DNA of 64,000 nucleotides from Nitrosopumilus sp. (lineage in GTDB: Archaea > Thermoproteota > Nitrososphaeria > Nitrososphaerales > Nitrosopumilaceae). Below are positions 20,089-30,744 of the stretch, in pieces. Within the stretch, counting starts at the first letter, position 1. Each line of letters starts with the position of its first letter. The notes below the pieces were generated by a model. It searched no databases and had not been told where the DNA came from. It saw nothing but the letters and a program-made list of their open reading frames with translations. The translations under genes were made by a program, and so were the position numbers. The DNA lies in the NCBI GenBank assembly GCA_965218695.1, contig OZ244651.1:1312001-1376000 (forward strand). Reading direction: 5' to 3'.

Positions 20089-20877
20089 CTAGATGCTGCC
20101 TGCGTGCATGCCTGAGAGCCCTCTGACGTACAGGCACCGGTCAGGCTGCACCGTCGTCTCTGAGGGCGTGATTCTTCTGTCTGTCAGTATCGCCCCCGAA
20201 TCCCTGACTATTGCAAACGGCCTTGACTCTGAGCCCTCGCCCATCTTGTGGTTTGCAATCGTTGCCAGGTTGTCGGCCACTGCCTGGAATGTCACCTTTA
20301 GCGGGTTTCCGTCAAGATCCCTGCTGCCTCTCATGTCCAGCACCGGCTCGATTCCTGCACACGCCACTGCAACCCCGGAGGTTCCGACCCTTGCAGGCAT
20401 CAGCCTGCTGTCTGCCAGAATTATCCCCACGTGTATGCCAAACCCAAGGAAGATCTTTCTGCGAATCTGCTCTGCAGTCAGGTGCGACTCTGCCGGATAG
20501 AGGATTACCTCCCCTCCCCCCGCCCCCGCGTTGGATCTGTCGATTCCGGCGTTTGGCGCCATTATGCTCTCTGATGAAGTGATGACGAATCCTGCAATGC
20601 CCCCAATGATCTCGTCAGACTCCCTGATGATGATCTCGGCAGTCTCCGGCTCCATCCTGAACCTCTCTGAGACCCGTCTTCCCATGTCTGATACCCTGAT
20701 CTTCTGGACATCTACAACTCTTCCCTGAGAGTTTGATACGTATTTTGTAGAGATCACCAGGACATCGCCGTCCTGCAGCCTCGCACCGTTCTCTTCCAGC
20801 GTCCTTGAGAGCATCTCAAAGACGTCAAAGACCCCCCTCATTCTGTCTGCCCGAAGGGGCAGGACGCTTAGGTGCAT
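20089..20877 (-). CDS. cofE: Coenzyme F420-0:L-glutamate ligase
   Basis: DGDVLVISTK, NAGIDRSN, DLDGNPL, MGEGSE. Confidence 0.92.
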   Translation of the reverse strand: MHLSVLPLRADRMRGVFDVFEMLSRTLEENGARLQDGDVLVISTKYVSNSQGRVVDVQKIRVSDMGRRVSERFRMEPETAEIIIRESDEIIGGIAGFVITSSESIMAPNAGIDRSNAGAGGGEVILYPAESHLTAEQIRRKIFLGFGIHVGIILADSRLMPARVGTSGVAVACAGIEPVLDMRGSRDLDGNPLKVTFQAVADNLATIANHKMGEGSESRPFAIVRDSGAILTDRRITPSETTVQPDRCLYVRGLSGMHAGSI

Positions 20878-21046
20878 GATGTATGGGATCTCTTTTTCTT
20901 TTTTACTGTTCTGCCGTTTTGCAGACCGTGTGACATTGTGAGGAGTATGTGCACCGTCCAGGCTCTTTCGGCCGCGTGTGTTGACTGCCCCCTGCAGCCC
21001 CATCATCCTGAAAAGATTTTAATCTGTAGGATGGTGTCTGTCGGTT

Positions 21047-22315
21047 ATGAATATAGTTGAGAAGATTCTTGCACGGGCATCGGGAAGATCCAGCGTATCC
21101 CCTGACGACGTGGTCTTTGCAGACGTCGACCGGGTCATGGTTCATGACGTATCCGGACCAGGCGTGATCAAGGTCTTTGACAAGCTCAGGGCGCAGGGAA
21201 TCAGGACAGACAAGCTGTGGAATCCGGACAGGGTCTGGGTGGCAGAAGATCACTTCGTCCCTTCTGCCGAGAAGATCTCTGCAGAAAACATTGTAAAATT
21301 ATCCCGCTTTACGCAGGAATACGGCATCAAGAAGCACTTCAAGTACGGCATGGGCCAGTACGGAATATGCCATACCCTCTCCCACGAGGAGGCGCTGGTC
21401 ATGCCAGGAGACGTGTATGTCGGGGGAGACTCGCACACCAACACGACCGGCGCCCTAGGCGCGTTTGCGTGCGGGCTGGGACACACCGATGTGGCATACG
21501 TGCTGCTCAACGGAAGGATATGGTTCAAGGTTCCAGAGACGCTCTACTTTAAGATCAACGGCAGGCTGCCTGATCACGTGATGGCAAAGGATCTGATTCT
21601 GAAGATAATCGGACAGATTGGAACAGATGGCGGCGCATACCGGACCATGCAGTTTGGCGGAACCGGGGTTGACGCCATGTCGGTGGAGAGCAGGCTGACC
21701 CTGTGCAATATGACCACCGAGGCCGGGGCAAAGAATGGAATCGTCGAGCCGGATCAAAAGGTGGCAGATTATCTTGCACAGAGGGGAGCCCCGGATGTTC
21801 GTCTGGTGAATGGCGATGATGATGCAGAGTATGCCCGGGTATTTGAGATTGAGGGCGCAGAGGTGGAGCCGGTGGTTGCAAAGCCGTTCTCGCCTGAAAA
21901 CGTCTCGGCAGTCAGGGATGCCCCGTCAGTGGACTTGGACAAGTCATACATAGGCTCGTGCACCGGCGCAAAGTACGAGGATCTGGAGGCCGCAGCGCGC
22001 ATTCTAAAGGGCAGGAAGGTACGGATAAGGACCGAGGTACTTCCTGCGGCAATATCGATATACAGGCGCGCCATGGAGAACGGGCTGTTGAAGATATTTC
22101 TCGATGCAGGCGCGACAGTCGGGCCGCCTACCTGCGGTGCATGTTGCGGCGCCCACATGGGGGTGCTTGCAAAGGACGAGATCTGCATCAGCACCACAAA
22201 CCGAAACTTCCCGGGGCGGATGGGCCACGTGGACTCCCAGACATACCTGTCATCCCCGCTTGTTGCAGCAGCGTCTGCCGTTACCGGAAGAATCACGGAT
22301 CCGAGGGACCTATAA
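21047..22315 (+). CDS. Isopropylmalate dehydratase/homoaconitase family large subunit (archaeal type)
   Basis: DSHT, IGSCT, CGACCG, STTNRNFPGRMG. Confidence 0.93.
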   Translation: MNIVEKILARASGRSSVSPDDVVFADVDRVMVHDVSGPGVIKVFDKLRAQGIRTDKLWNPDRVWVAEDHFVPSAEKISAENIVKLSRFTQEYGIKKHFKYGMGQYGICHTLSHEEALVMPGDVYVGGDSHTNTTGALGAFACGLGHTDVAYVLLNGRIWFKVPETLYFKINGRLPDHVMAKDLILKIIGQIGTDGGAYRTMQFGGTGVDAMSVESRLTLCNMTTEAGAKNGIVEPDQKVADYLAQRGAPDVRLVNGDDDAEYARVFEIEGAEVEPVVAKPFSPENVSAVRDAPSVDLDKSYIGSCTGAKYEDLEAAARILKGRKVRIRTEVLPAAISIYRRAMENGLLKIFLDAGATVGPPTCGACCGAHMGVLAKDEICISTTNRNFPGRMGHVDSQTYLSSPLVAAASAVTGRITDPRDL

Positions 22316-22806
22316 TGATGAGGGGCAGCATAATAAAGTACGCACAAGACAACATCGACACGGACGTAATCATTCCCGGCCAGTACCTCAAGATTCATGA
22401 CTATGCAGAGCTTGCGACACATGCCATGGAGGGGCTGGATCCCGACTTTCACTCCAAGGCCAAGAATGGAAGCCTGATATTGGCAGGGAAGAACTTTGGA
22501 TGCGGCTCGTCTCGGGAGCATGCGCCAATCGCCCTGTCACACTCGGGGATAACGGCCGTCCTTGCACTCTCCTTTGCAAGAATCTTTTATCGAAACGCAG
22601 TGGATGGCGCGTTCCTGCTGCCAATCGAGATCGAACAGGATGCGTATGAGGGCATATCCGAAGGTGACACAGTCGAGATTGACACGGACGCCAACCAGAT
22701 ACGAAACATTACCAAAAACCAGACGTACCCCATGAAGCCATTCTCAAAGATTATCGGCCAGATAATTGCCGCAGGCGGCCTCTTCAAGTACAAGCCGGGT
22801 GATTAG
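22315..22806 (+). CDS. Isopropylmalate dehydratase/homoaconitase small subunit
   Basis: DNIDTDVIIP, NFGCGSSREHA. Confidence 0.93.
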   Translation: MMRGSIIKYAQDNIDTDVIIPGQYLKIHDYAELATHAMEGLDPDFHSKAKNGSLILAGKNFGCGSSREHAPIALSHSGITAVLALSFARIFYRNAVDGAFLLPIEIEQDAYEGISEGDTVEIDTDANQIRNITKNQTYPMKPFSKIIGQIIAAGGLFKYKPGD

Positions 22807-24216
22807 ATGGGAAGAACCCTGTTTGAGAAGATCTGGGATGCCCACGTGGTGGCCAGTCAGGACGGCCGTGATCTGCTGTATGTTGACAGGCACCTGGTAC
22901 ACGAGGTGACGTCGCCGCAGGCCTTTGAGGGGCTGCGGATGAATGGGAGGGGGGTCAGGCGGCCGGATCTTACAATTGCAACCATGGATCACAACGTCCC
23001 CACCACCAGCAACAGGACCCTTCCGATGCTGGACCAGACATCGGCAGTCCAGATTCAGGCGCTGGCAAGAAACTGCCAGGACTTTGGAATCGAACTCTTT
23101 GGCATGGACAGCCCCAACCAGGGCATTGTCCACGTTATCGGCCCCCAGCTTGGAGTCACCCTGCCAAGCTCCACCATCGTCTGTGGAGACAGCCATACCT
23201 CGACGCATGGCGCCTTTGGGGCGCTGGCGTTTGGAATCGGCACAAGTGATGTGGAACACGTCCTGGCAACCCAGACGCTGTGGCTTGAGAAGCCGGATTC
23301 CTTTGAGATCAGGGTGGAGGGGACGCTCAGGAACCCAAGGGCCGTGACTGCAAAGGACATCATACTCTCGATCATTAAGGACATCGGAACCGGCGGCGGC
23401 ACGGGCACGGTAATAGAGTACTGCGGCCCGGGAATCTCGGATCTCTCCATGGAGCAGCGGATGACCGTATGCAACATGTCCATCGAGGCGGGTGCGCGTG
23501 CGGGCCTTGTCGCGCCGGACTCGAAGACATTTGACTATCTCCGGGGACGGCAGTACACGCCGGAGAACTACGAGTCACTTGTGGATTCGTGGAGGGAGGA
23601 TCTCAAAAGTGATGCAGATGCAGCCTTTGAGAGGAGGTTCGTCATGAATATCGATGACATGGCACCCCAAGTCAGCTGGGGCACCAACCCGGAGATGACA
23701 TGCGATGTGACCGACGCCGTTCCGTCTCCAGACGAGTTTGCCTGCGGCGATTCGAGCCGGGAGAACGGTGCCCGGAAGGCCCTTGAGTACATGGATCTCA
23801 AACCCGGAACGCCAATCCAAGACATACGCGTTGACCGCGTCTTTATCGGCTCGTGCACCAACGCAAGGCTTGAGGATCTGGTGGAGGCATCCCGCATAGT
23901 TGAGGGGAACCTCGTATCCCCACACGTGCGGGCCATGGTGGTTCCAGGCTCACAGATGGTCCGAAGGCAGGCAGAGGAGATGGGGCTTGACAGAATCTTT
24001 ACCGGTGCCGGTTTTGAATGGAGGGAGGCCGGGTGCAGCATGTGCCTTGGAATGAATCCTGACATACTGGCCCCTGGCGAGCGGTGCGCAAGCACGTCAA
24101 ACCGGAACTTTGAAGGCAGGCAGGGCGCCGGCGGACGCACGCATCTGGTGAGTCCGGTAATGGCAGCAGCAGCTGCAATCCGGGGGCATCTTACAGATGT
24201 CCGGGAGATGATCTAG
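22807..24216 (+). CDS. leuC: 3-isopropylmalate dehydratase large subunit (bacterial type)
   Basis: [38 protein letters not shown]. Confidence 0.96.
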   Translation: MGRTLFEKIWDAHVVASQDGRDLLYVDRHLVHEVTSPQAFEGLRMNGRGVRRPDLTIATMDHNVPTTSNRTLPMLDQTSAVQIQALARNCQDFGIELFGMDSPNQGIVHVIGPQLGVTLPSSTIVCGDSHTSTHGAFGALAFGIGTSDVEHVLATQTLWLEKPDSFEIRVEGTLRNPRAVTAKDIILSIIKDIGTGGGTGTVIEYCGPGISDLSMEQRMTVCNMSIEAGARAGLVAPDSKTFDYLRGRQYTPENYESLVDSWREDLKSDADAAFERRFVMNIDDMAPQVSWGTNPEMTCDVTDAVPSPDEFACGDSSRENGARKALEYMDLKPGTPIQDIRVDRVFIGSCTNARLEDLVEASRIVEGNLVSPHVRAMVVPGSQMVRRQAEEMGLDRIFTGAGFEWREAGCSMCLGMNPDILAPGERCASTSNRNFEGRQGAGGRTHLVSPVMAAAAAIRGHLTDVREMI

Positions 24217-24217
24217 G

Positions 24218-24799
24218 GTGGAGCCTTTCTCCCGGGTGTCGGGCACCATCATGCCCCTTGAGAAGATAAACGTGGATACGGATCAGATCGTCCCAAAACA
24301 GTTTCTAAAACTGATCCAGAGATCCGGCTTTGGAAGGTACCTGTTCTACAACTGGCGGTACGACCATGAAGGAAGGGAGACTGACTTTGTCCTGAACGGC
24401 CCCGAGTACGGCGGCTCCCGGATACTTGTAACCGGAGAAAACTTTGGCTGCGGGTCCAGCCGTGAGCATGCCGTGTGGGCGCTGATGGACTACGGATTAT
24501 CCGTGGTAATTGCGCCGTCCTTTGCAGACATCTTTTTGAGCAACTGCTTCAAGAACGGCCTCCTGCCCGTACAGCTGGACCCTGAGACGGTAAGGCGGCT
24601 TTATTCGGAGACTGGTACGGTGGACGTGGATCTGGAAAGGCAGACCATTACCACCTCGTCTGAGGAGATACCATTCGAGATGGAACCCCACCGGAAGCAG
24701 ATACTGCTGGAGGGCCTCGACGAGATCGCCAGAACGTTCCAGTTTGAAGACGAGATATCCAGGTTTGAGAAGGCCTCTACAGTCCCATCTGTGCTATGA
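24218..24799 (+). CDS. leuD: 3-isopropylmalate dehydratase small subunit
   Basis: NVDTDQIVPKQFL, NFGCGSSREHA. Confidence 0.96.
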   Translation: MEPFSRVSGTIMPLEKINVDTDQIVPKQFLKLIQRSGFGRYLFYNWRYDHEGRETDFVLNGPEYGGSRILVTGENFGCGSSREHAVWALMDYGLSVVIAPSFADIFLSNCFKNGLLPVQLDPETVRRLYSETGTVDVDLERQTITTSSEEIPFEMEPHRKQILLEGLDEIARTFQFEDEISRFEKASTVPSVL

Positions 24800-25493
24800 T
24801 TCTTTCCACGGCATCCCTGTTTCTGTCGATGACTGTTGGGGATTCCACGTCAATCCATTCCAGGTCTCCTATGTCAAAGGCGCTGATCCTGCCCTCCCCT
24901 GAGAGCGGCTGCAGGATGTCATAGGACAGATTGATCTCCCTCTTTTGGATCCGGCCGATCCTGTCCATGATGTCGCCTCTGAGCATGTATATTCCAAGGC
25001 ACTCGGAGGCAGGCAGCTGCATTACGGGCTTTTCCATGAACCGCTTGATTATTCCATCCTGTACCACTGCAAACCCAGTCTCCTCCCTCCTGCTTGTCCT
25101 GGTGGCAATCACTGCCATGCTCTCCTTCTCCCTGAGTAGATCCCTCATCCCCTCCGGGCTGACGGCGCACAGGTTGTCTGCAAACCACAAAAGGAACTCC
25201 GACTGGCCATCCAGCACGCTTTTTGCATGTAGCAGATCCCCCGCGGTTCCGTTCCCGGAGTCTTGGATGTACGTGATGCCCCCGCGGTCCCCAAAGTAGT
25301 TTCTAATCTGGCCCCCGAGGCCGTTAAAGTCGGACACTATGACGATCTCCTCAACAAGATCAGACGACTCCAGATACCTTACGATATAGTCGATTAGCGG
25401 CCTGTCGTTGATTGGCGTCATGGCCTTTGGAAAGTAGTCTGTATACGGCCTTCCCCTGGAACCCCTGCCGCCTGCCAGAATTACGCTCTTCAC
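24777..25493 (-). CDS. Sugar-phosphate nucleotidyltransferase
   Basis: ILAGGRGSR...PKAM, GTAG, FMEKP. Confidence 0.9.
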   Translation of the reverse strand: MKSVILAGGRGSRGRPYTDYFPKAMTPINDRPLIDYIVRYLESSDLVEEIVIVSDFNGLGGQIRNYFGDRGGITYIQDSGNGTAGDLLHAKSVLDGQSEFLLWFADNLCAVSPEGMRDLLREKESMAVIATRTSRREETGFAVVQDGIIKRFMEKPVMQLPASECLGIYMLRGDIMDRIGRIQKREINLSYDILQPLSGEGRISAFDIGDLEWIDVESPTVIDRNRDAVERIIAQMGL

Positions 25494-25496
25494 GGC

Positions 25497-25946
25497 CTAA
25501 CGGTATGACTTTTGTTTTCTTCTTCTGGCCCCGGGCCCGCCAAACTTCTTTGGTTCCTTCTGCCTGGCATCCCCGCTGATCAGATACTTGTCAAAATCAG
25601 TTATCCTTCTTCTCAGATCCTCCCTGGTGGATCTTGGGAACGGATGATCCCTTGGATCCTTTTTGGACTTTGTCCAGCCCACAAGCGCCCTTGAGATTCC
25701 CGTTGCGATTGCACCTGCCTGCCCCATGAAGCCTCCGCCCCTGACCCTCACTGATACGTCAATCCTGTTTCTCAGGTCGCCTAGTATCTCCAGCGGAGCC
25801 ATGACGACCTCGCGGGCAGTCTCCTGTGGAATCATCTCCACCGGGACATTGTTGATGCGGACTCTTCCCTGTCCTTTTGTAATGTATACCCGTGCGCTGG
25901 CAGTCTTTCTGGTTGCAAAATAAATCTCGGTCTTTGGAACGGTCAT
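25497..25946 (-). CDS. rps9: 30S ribosomal protein S9
   Basis: GGGFMGQA, KKFGGPGARRRKQKSYR. Confidence 0.97.
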   Translation of the reverse strand: MTVPKTEIYFATRKTASARVYITKGQGRVRINNVPVEMIPQETAREVVMAPLEILGDLRNRIDVSVRVRGGGFMGQAGAIATGISRALVGWTKSKKDPRDHPFPRSTREDLRRRITDFDKYLISGDARQKEPKKFGGPGARRRKQKSYR

Positions 25947-26416
25947 TCAGTCCACCCTATCACCCTGCACAGCTGTGCCATCGTGACATACTGTGATGCG
26001 GCTCTTTTAATTTTTGCCTTTTCAAACTGGATCTTCTTGAGAGACCTTATCTCCTTTGGTGATCCGATGTATGCCCTGAGCCTCTTGTGCGCCTCCTTGC
26101 CTGAAGGCTTTCTGTCATGGGGGAGCATCCCACGAATCATCTTGGTGATTATCGTGTCCGGTCTGCGGTAATGAACCGGACCGTGTTTTGGGTTGATTAT
26201 GCTGTTGATCTCCAAAAACTCCCTGTACTCCTGAATGATGTTTGCCCTGGTTCCGCTGATCATGATCCTTTCACAGTTTATCAGGGAAACCCTGTTGCCC
26301 TTGAGGAGCAGCTTTGCGACATGCGATGCAAGCCTTCCTGCTATGTGATCCGTCGTATCGACGACTATGGGCCTGTCGGTTCTTACTACCTGCTGCTGCT
26401 GCTCCTGGCTAGCCAA
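25943..26416 (-). CDS. rpl13: 50S ribosomal protein L13 with an N-terminal poly-Gln
   Basis: HIAGRLASHVAK, IRGMLP. Confidence 0.96.
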   Translation of the reverse strand: MASQEQQQQVVRTDRPIVVDTTDHIAGRLASHVAKLLLKGNRVSLINCERIMISGTRANIIQEYREFLEINSIINPKHGPVHYRRPDTIITKMIRGMLPHDRKPSGKEAHKRLRAYIGSPKEIRSLKKIQFEKAKIKRAASQYVTMAQLCRVIGWTE

Positions 26417-26756
26417 GCAGTACCACCCCCCTTCCTGTGGGATTCTGCTCGATGAGTTCCGAATATCCGATCAACTTCCCTCCGCTGCCCGTTATCTTGT
26501 CTGCTGCGGTGCGCGATATGGCAAACGAGAACAGCGTGATGTCGTGGGGCATGCTGCCTGTGCCGAGGACCTTTCCTGGAAACACCACCGTGTCGCCTTT
26601 CTTTGTAAGCTGGCCGATCCTGTTGACGTTGATGTCCCTTCTTGCTATGGACGGCTTTAGCGCGTACTCTGCCAGTTTTGCCCAGATTGGGGCATCGTTG
26701 GCAGCCGAGGCCTTTCTTAAATTTCTGGCCATGTGCACCACTACTTGATTTGTCAT
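26409..26756 (-). CDS. rpl18e: 50S ribosomal protein L18e
   Basis: APIW, INVNRI, PGKVLGTG. Confidence 0.96.
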   Translation of the reverse strand: MTNQVVVHMARNLRKASAANDAPIWAKLAEYALKPSIARRDINVNRIGQLTKKGDTVVFPGKVLGTGSMPHDITLFSFAISRTAADKITGSGGKLIGYSELIEQNPTGRGVVLLG

Positions 26757-26809
26757 GTGAATAAGCGGTCTATAACCCAAATATAACATGTATGATCTGC
26801 ATGCCCAGA

Positions 26810-27475
26810 TTATGCCTCGATCTTGTCCAGCATCTCCCTGAACTCGCCCAGCCTGCTCTTGACTTCGTCAATTCCCGCAAGGATGATCTGCTCGGGTTCG
26901 AGCGTCCCCGTAGACTCTACTGTGAGGATCTTTTCATCAGCACTGTCTGCGTCGATCAAAGTCGCGATGTTTGCCGAGTTCCACTTGGCATGCTCTGTTC
27001 CGCGTCCCAGCATGGCATGGCACTCGACCTTTATCTTCTGGCCCGGGGCAAGATCCACTATGGGGATCTTGTCTGAGATTGGCTTTATGACGTCGTCCTC
27101 AGAGGACAGCTCGTCTGAGAAGATGGTTCTTGTAACATCGGATTCCCCAGAATCCAGATACAGCATGACTGAGCAGTTGGAGCACCCCTTTTCACTGTTG
27201 CAGTCGCACTCTGCTCGTTCATTGAATCTGTGCAGATCGGTCCTTATCGGCATAAGTCCAAGTCTGTGTGCAAGACCTTCGTCTGGGAGCACCGATGAGT
27301 TCTCTATTATGTCCACATCGCTGATTGCAAACACCGGAATGCCGTTGAGACATATGCGTCTTAGGGCATTTGCGTACTGGAGGGGAACTCCGCTGAGCTT
27401 TACAGAAATTTTATGGCTATCTTTTTTAACTATCTCCAAGGATGACAAGTCTTGAAAAAGCTGTCCCAAGTCCAA
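26810..27475 (-). CDS. rpo3: RNA polymerase subunit D (Rpo3); start uncertain
   Basis: ANALRR, ENSSVLPDEGLAHRLGL, GRGTEHAKW. Confidence 0.96.
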   Translation of the reverse strand: MDLGQLFQDLSSLEIVKKDSHKISVKLSGVPLQYANALRRICLNGIPVFAISDVDIIENSSVLPDEGLAHRLGLMPIRTDLHRFNERAECDCNSEKGCSNCSVMLYLDSGESDVTRTIFSDELSSEDDVIKPISDKIPIVDLAPGQKIKVECHAMLGRGTEHAKWNSANIATLIDADSADEKILTVESTGTLEPEQIILAGIDEVKSRLGEFREMLDKIEA

Positions 27476-27626
27476 ATAAATAGCTAGCGAGCAGGCGGCC
27501 GCGTGTAACTGTTTGGGTTCGATGTCTGCAACGTTGTGGAATTAGGCGAGCCCGACCCCTTACAGGCCGTGCCCTTTGCATGTAATTCCAATAGATAAAT
27601 ACCCAGCAATCATACGTGTCTTAGAA

Positions 27627-28313
27627 ATGGCAGATGTTACGGTGGTTAGGTACTCCTTTGAAGGTGAAAAGTTTGAGATTCTGGTAAAGCCTGATCCCGC
27701 CCTTGACTACCGGCTGGGCCGGAAGAAGGAGATCTCCTCTGTCCTGGTGTCTGATGAGATCTATTCTAACTCCGGAAAGGGCACAAAGCCCTCCATGGAG
27801 AAGCTCCTAAACGCCTTCAAGACAGAGGATGCCTCTGAAATAGCAAGAATAATCCTCCAAAAGGGGGATCTGAATCTTACAACCGATCAACGGCGTAAGA
27901 TGATCGATGAGAAGAGGAGGCAGATCATAGGATTCATCGCCAAGACGTATGTGGATCCCAGGACCCATCTTCCACACCCGGCATTGAGAATCGAGCAGGC
28001 CATGAAGGACGGCCGCATCTCGATTGATCCGCAGCGTAGCGTGGACGAGCAGGTAAAGGATATCGTTGAGAGACTGCGCTCGATAATCGCGCTAAAGTCT
28101 GAAAGCCTGCGGCTGGAGATCCTCGTTCCTGCCCAGTACGCGGCCCAGTCGTATGCGGTACTAAAATCCGTGGGATCTCTGCAAAAGGAGGAATGGCAGA
28201 ACAACGGTTCGCTAAAAGCAATACTTGAAATACCAGCTGGAGCAAGGCCAAATGTGATAGATAGATTGGGTTCCATAACCAGAGGATCCGCGGCAGTCGA
28301 GGTAATCCAATGA
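27627..28313 (+). CDS. Ribosome maturation factor SBDS/Sdo1
   Basis: GEKFEILV, LTTDQRR, DPRTHLPHP. Confidence 0.95.
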   Translation: MADVTVVRYSFEGEKFEILVKPDPALDYRLGRKKEISSVLVSDEIYSNSGKGTKPSMEKLLNAFKTEDASEIARIILQKGDLNLTTDQRRKMIDEKRRQIIGFIAKTYVDPRTHLPHPALRIEQAMKDGRISIDPQRSVDEQVKDIVERLRSIIALKSESLRLEILVPAQYAAQSYAVLKSVGSLQKEEWQNNGSLKAILEIPAGARPNVIDRLGSITRGSAAVEVIQ

Positions 28314-28987
28314 ACAGGCGAAGATACGTGATTCCAGGCGATGTTGTCACCACCGGACCGTTCAGGCCCGAGCAGAACGTGATACTTGACGGAAAAAACA
28401 TAATCTCCACTGCAGTCGGGATCTCCGAGATTTATGACGACTCTGCAAAGGTCATCCCGCTGACTGGCAAGTATATTCCAAAGATTAACGATCTTGTCAT
28501 CGGCAAGATACTCTCCCACACGTCGCTGTCATGGGAGCTTGACATCAACTCGTGCTATGTGGGATTTCTGCCTGCACAGGATGTCTTTGGACGGGACTTT
28601 TCTGCACATGCCGACGAGCTCTCCTCGAGACTCAGTGCCGGGGATCTGGTGGCTGCCAGAATAGCAAACTTTGATAGGACCCGGGATCCGCTGGTGACTG
28701 TGTCTGACCGGGATCTGGGCAAGATTGACTCTGGTGACTTGGTCACGATATCCCCCAGCAAGATTCCAAGACTGATCGGAAAGAAGGGCGCCATGATTCA
28801 GGCCATAGAGCTTGCAACCGACGCTGCAGTGACGATAGGCCAGAACGGCTGGGTTGTCGTATCCTGTGATACTCCCCATGGCTTATTAAAGGCTAAAAGG
28901 GCCATCCAAATGGTAGATGAAAACGCACATGTTGCCAATTTGGCTGATCAGGTAAAAAAGATGCTGGAATCAAAGGGTGAATCATAA
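28310..28987 (+). CDS. rrp4: Exosome RNA-binding subunit Rrp4
   Basis: VIPGD, S1 and KH domains, IGKKGAM, GQNG. Confidence 0.95.
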   Translation: MNRRRYVIPGDVVTTGPFRPEQNVILDGKNIISTAVGISEIYDDSAKVIPLTGKYIPKINDLVIGKILSHTSLSWELDINSCYVGFLPAQDVFGRDFSAHADELSSRLSAGDLVAARIANFDRTRDPLVTVSDRDLGKIDSGDLVTISPSKIPRLIGKKGAMIQAIELATDAAVTIGQNGWVVVSCDTPHGLLKAKRAIQMVDENAHVANLADQVKKMLESKGES

Positions 28988-29721
28988 TGGGTGGAAGAGA
29001 TGCAAAGTTAGTACTGTTAGACGAGAACGGTATTCGTTGTGACGGCAGAAAGGTCGACGAGCCCAGGCGAATAATGATAAAGGCCGGCGGACTAAAGAAT
29101 GCAGACGGTTCGGCATACATTGAATTTGGCGACAACAAGATCGTAGTGGGCGTCTTTGGTCCACGGGACGTGCATCCAAAACACTTGTCCAATACGGATA
29201 CCGGAATACTGCGCGTCAGGTATCACATGGAACCGTTCTCAGTAGATGAGCGAAAGAATCCAGCCCCTTCCAGACGTGAAATTGAGATATCAAAGGTGAT
29301 CAAGGAGGCCCTGGCGCCTGCAGTAATTCTGGAAAAATTCCCACGAACCGCAGTTGATGTGTTTATTGAGGTACTTCAGGCAGACGGCGGAACAAGGTGC
29401 GCGGCCCTCTCTGCGGCCTCGGTCGCACTGGCAGATGCCGGAATTCCTATGAGGGACATGGTGGCTGCATGCGCTGCAGGCAAGGTGGCAGACACTGTAA
29501 TCCTTGATGTCAATAATGAAGAAGACCAGGCCGGGCAGGCTGACATGCCAATCGGCTACATGCCAAACATGAAAAAGATTACCCTCCTGCAACTGGACGG
29601 CATCATGACTCCAGAAGAGTACAAAAAATGCGTGGAAGTGGGAATTGAGGGATGCAAGATAGTGTATGATCTGCAAAAGAAGGCGCTACACAACAAATAC
29701 TTTGAAGGGGACAGGAAATGA
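28987..29721 (+). CDS. rrp41: Exosome subunit Rrp41
   Basis: ADGSAY, GPRD, LQADGGTR. Confidence 0.96.
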   Translation: MGGRDAKLVLLDENGIRCDGRKVDEPRRIMIKAGGLKNADGSAYIEFGDNKIVVGVFGPRDVHPKHLSNTDTGILRVRYHMEPFSVDERKNPAPSRREIEISKVIKEALAPAVILEKFPRTAVDVFIEVLQADGGTRCAALSAASVALADAGIPMRDMVAACAAGKVADTVILDVNNEEDQAGQADMPIGYMPNMKKITLLQLDGIMTPEEYKKCVEVGIEGCKIVYDLQKKALHNKYFEGDRK

Positions 29722-30530
29722 CATCTGCAATAATCAACGATCTAAAACGGGTGCAGATTCTTGATCTTCTGGCACATGGCAAGAGAGCCGACGGAAGAGC
29801 CTTCGAGGAGCCAAGAAAGATAACCGTACAGGTAAACGCAATTCCCAAGGCAAACGGTTCGGCCCGCGTACTGCTTGGGGAGACCGAGGTGGTCTGCGGA
29901 ATAAAGATTCAACCGGACAGGCCGTTTCCTGACACAGGCGACAAGGGAATCTTCATCTGTACTGCAGAACTGCTGCCTCTTTCGCACCCCACAGTAGAGA
30001 CCGGCCCGCCGGGACCCGACGTAATAGAACTGGCAAGGGTGGTAGACCGGGGAATACGGGAGAGCCACATGGTGGACGTCTCCCAGCTGGTAATAAAGGC
30101 CAACAAGTCCGTAGTGGGCGTCTTTGCAGACAACGTGGTGGTAGACTATGACGGAAACCTGTTTGATGCATGCTCTTATGCTGCCACTGCAGCCCTGCTC
30201 TCATCCAAGATGCCCACGTGGAACATGGTGGATGACATCCCCACGCTAGTAGAGGGCGAGGAGTCGCCCGTGCCTGTCACGACCATACCTGTCTCTGTAA
30301 CCATGGGCAAGATTGGAGATCACATCATAGTCGATCCAAATGCAGACGAGTGGAGCTGCATGGATGCCAGGATAACCATTGCCAGCAACTCTGACGGAAA
30401 CATCTGCGCACTCCAAAAGGGCGGAGCCGACGGATTCACCCAGGACGAGATAGTCCGGTGCGGTGAGATATCTGTCCGGGTGGGAGCAAAGATACGCGAG
30501 CAGCTCAAGGAATCCGCACAGGGGGCCTGA
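29718..30530 (+). CDS. rrp42: Exosome subunit Rrp42
   Basis: RADGR, ELARVVDRGIRES, DYDGNLFDA. Confidence 0.96.
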   Translation: MTSAIINDLKRVQILDLLAHGKRADGRAFEEPRKITVQVNAIPKANGSARVLLGETEVVCGIKIQPDRPFPDTGDKGIFICTAELLPLSHPTVETGPPGPDVIELARVVDRGIRESHMVDVSQLVIKANKSVVGVFADNVVVDYDGNLFDACSYAATAALLSSKMPTWNMVDDIPTLVEGEESPVPVTTIPVSVTMGKIGDHIIVDPNADEWSCMDARITIASNSDGNICALQKGGADGFTQDEIVRCGEISVRVGAKIREQLKESAQGA

Positions 30531-30531
30531 G

Positions 30532-30744
30532 ATGGCAAAGGCAAAAAAGTCACTCAAGGGCCTTGGCGCAAGGTACGGCATCAAACTGCGAAAACAGTAC
30601 ACAAAGATCCATCTCCAGCTAAAAGAGAAGAGAACCTGCCCCGAATGCGGCTCCAAGACGTTTGGCCGGGACGCCGTGGGGATATGGTCATGTAAAAAAT
30701 GCAACCTCAAGATAGCCGGAACCGCATATGACATCAAGCTTTAG
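30532..30744 (+). CDS. rpl37ae: 50S ribosomal protein L37ae (eL43)
   Basis: LGARYG, CPECG...GIWSCKKC. Confidence 0.94.
   Translation: MAKAKKSLKGLGARYGIKLRKQYTKIHLQLKEKRTCPECGSKTFGRDAVGIWSCKKCNLKIAGTAYDIKL

Noticed and set aside
21047-24799. Two adjacent LeuC/LeuD-like pairs as a novel pathway
   Set aside because: Explained by a bacterial-type LeuCD plus an archaeal homoaconitase/isopropylmalate dehydratase paralogue; ordinary metabolism
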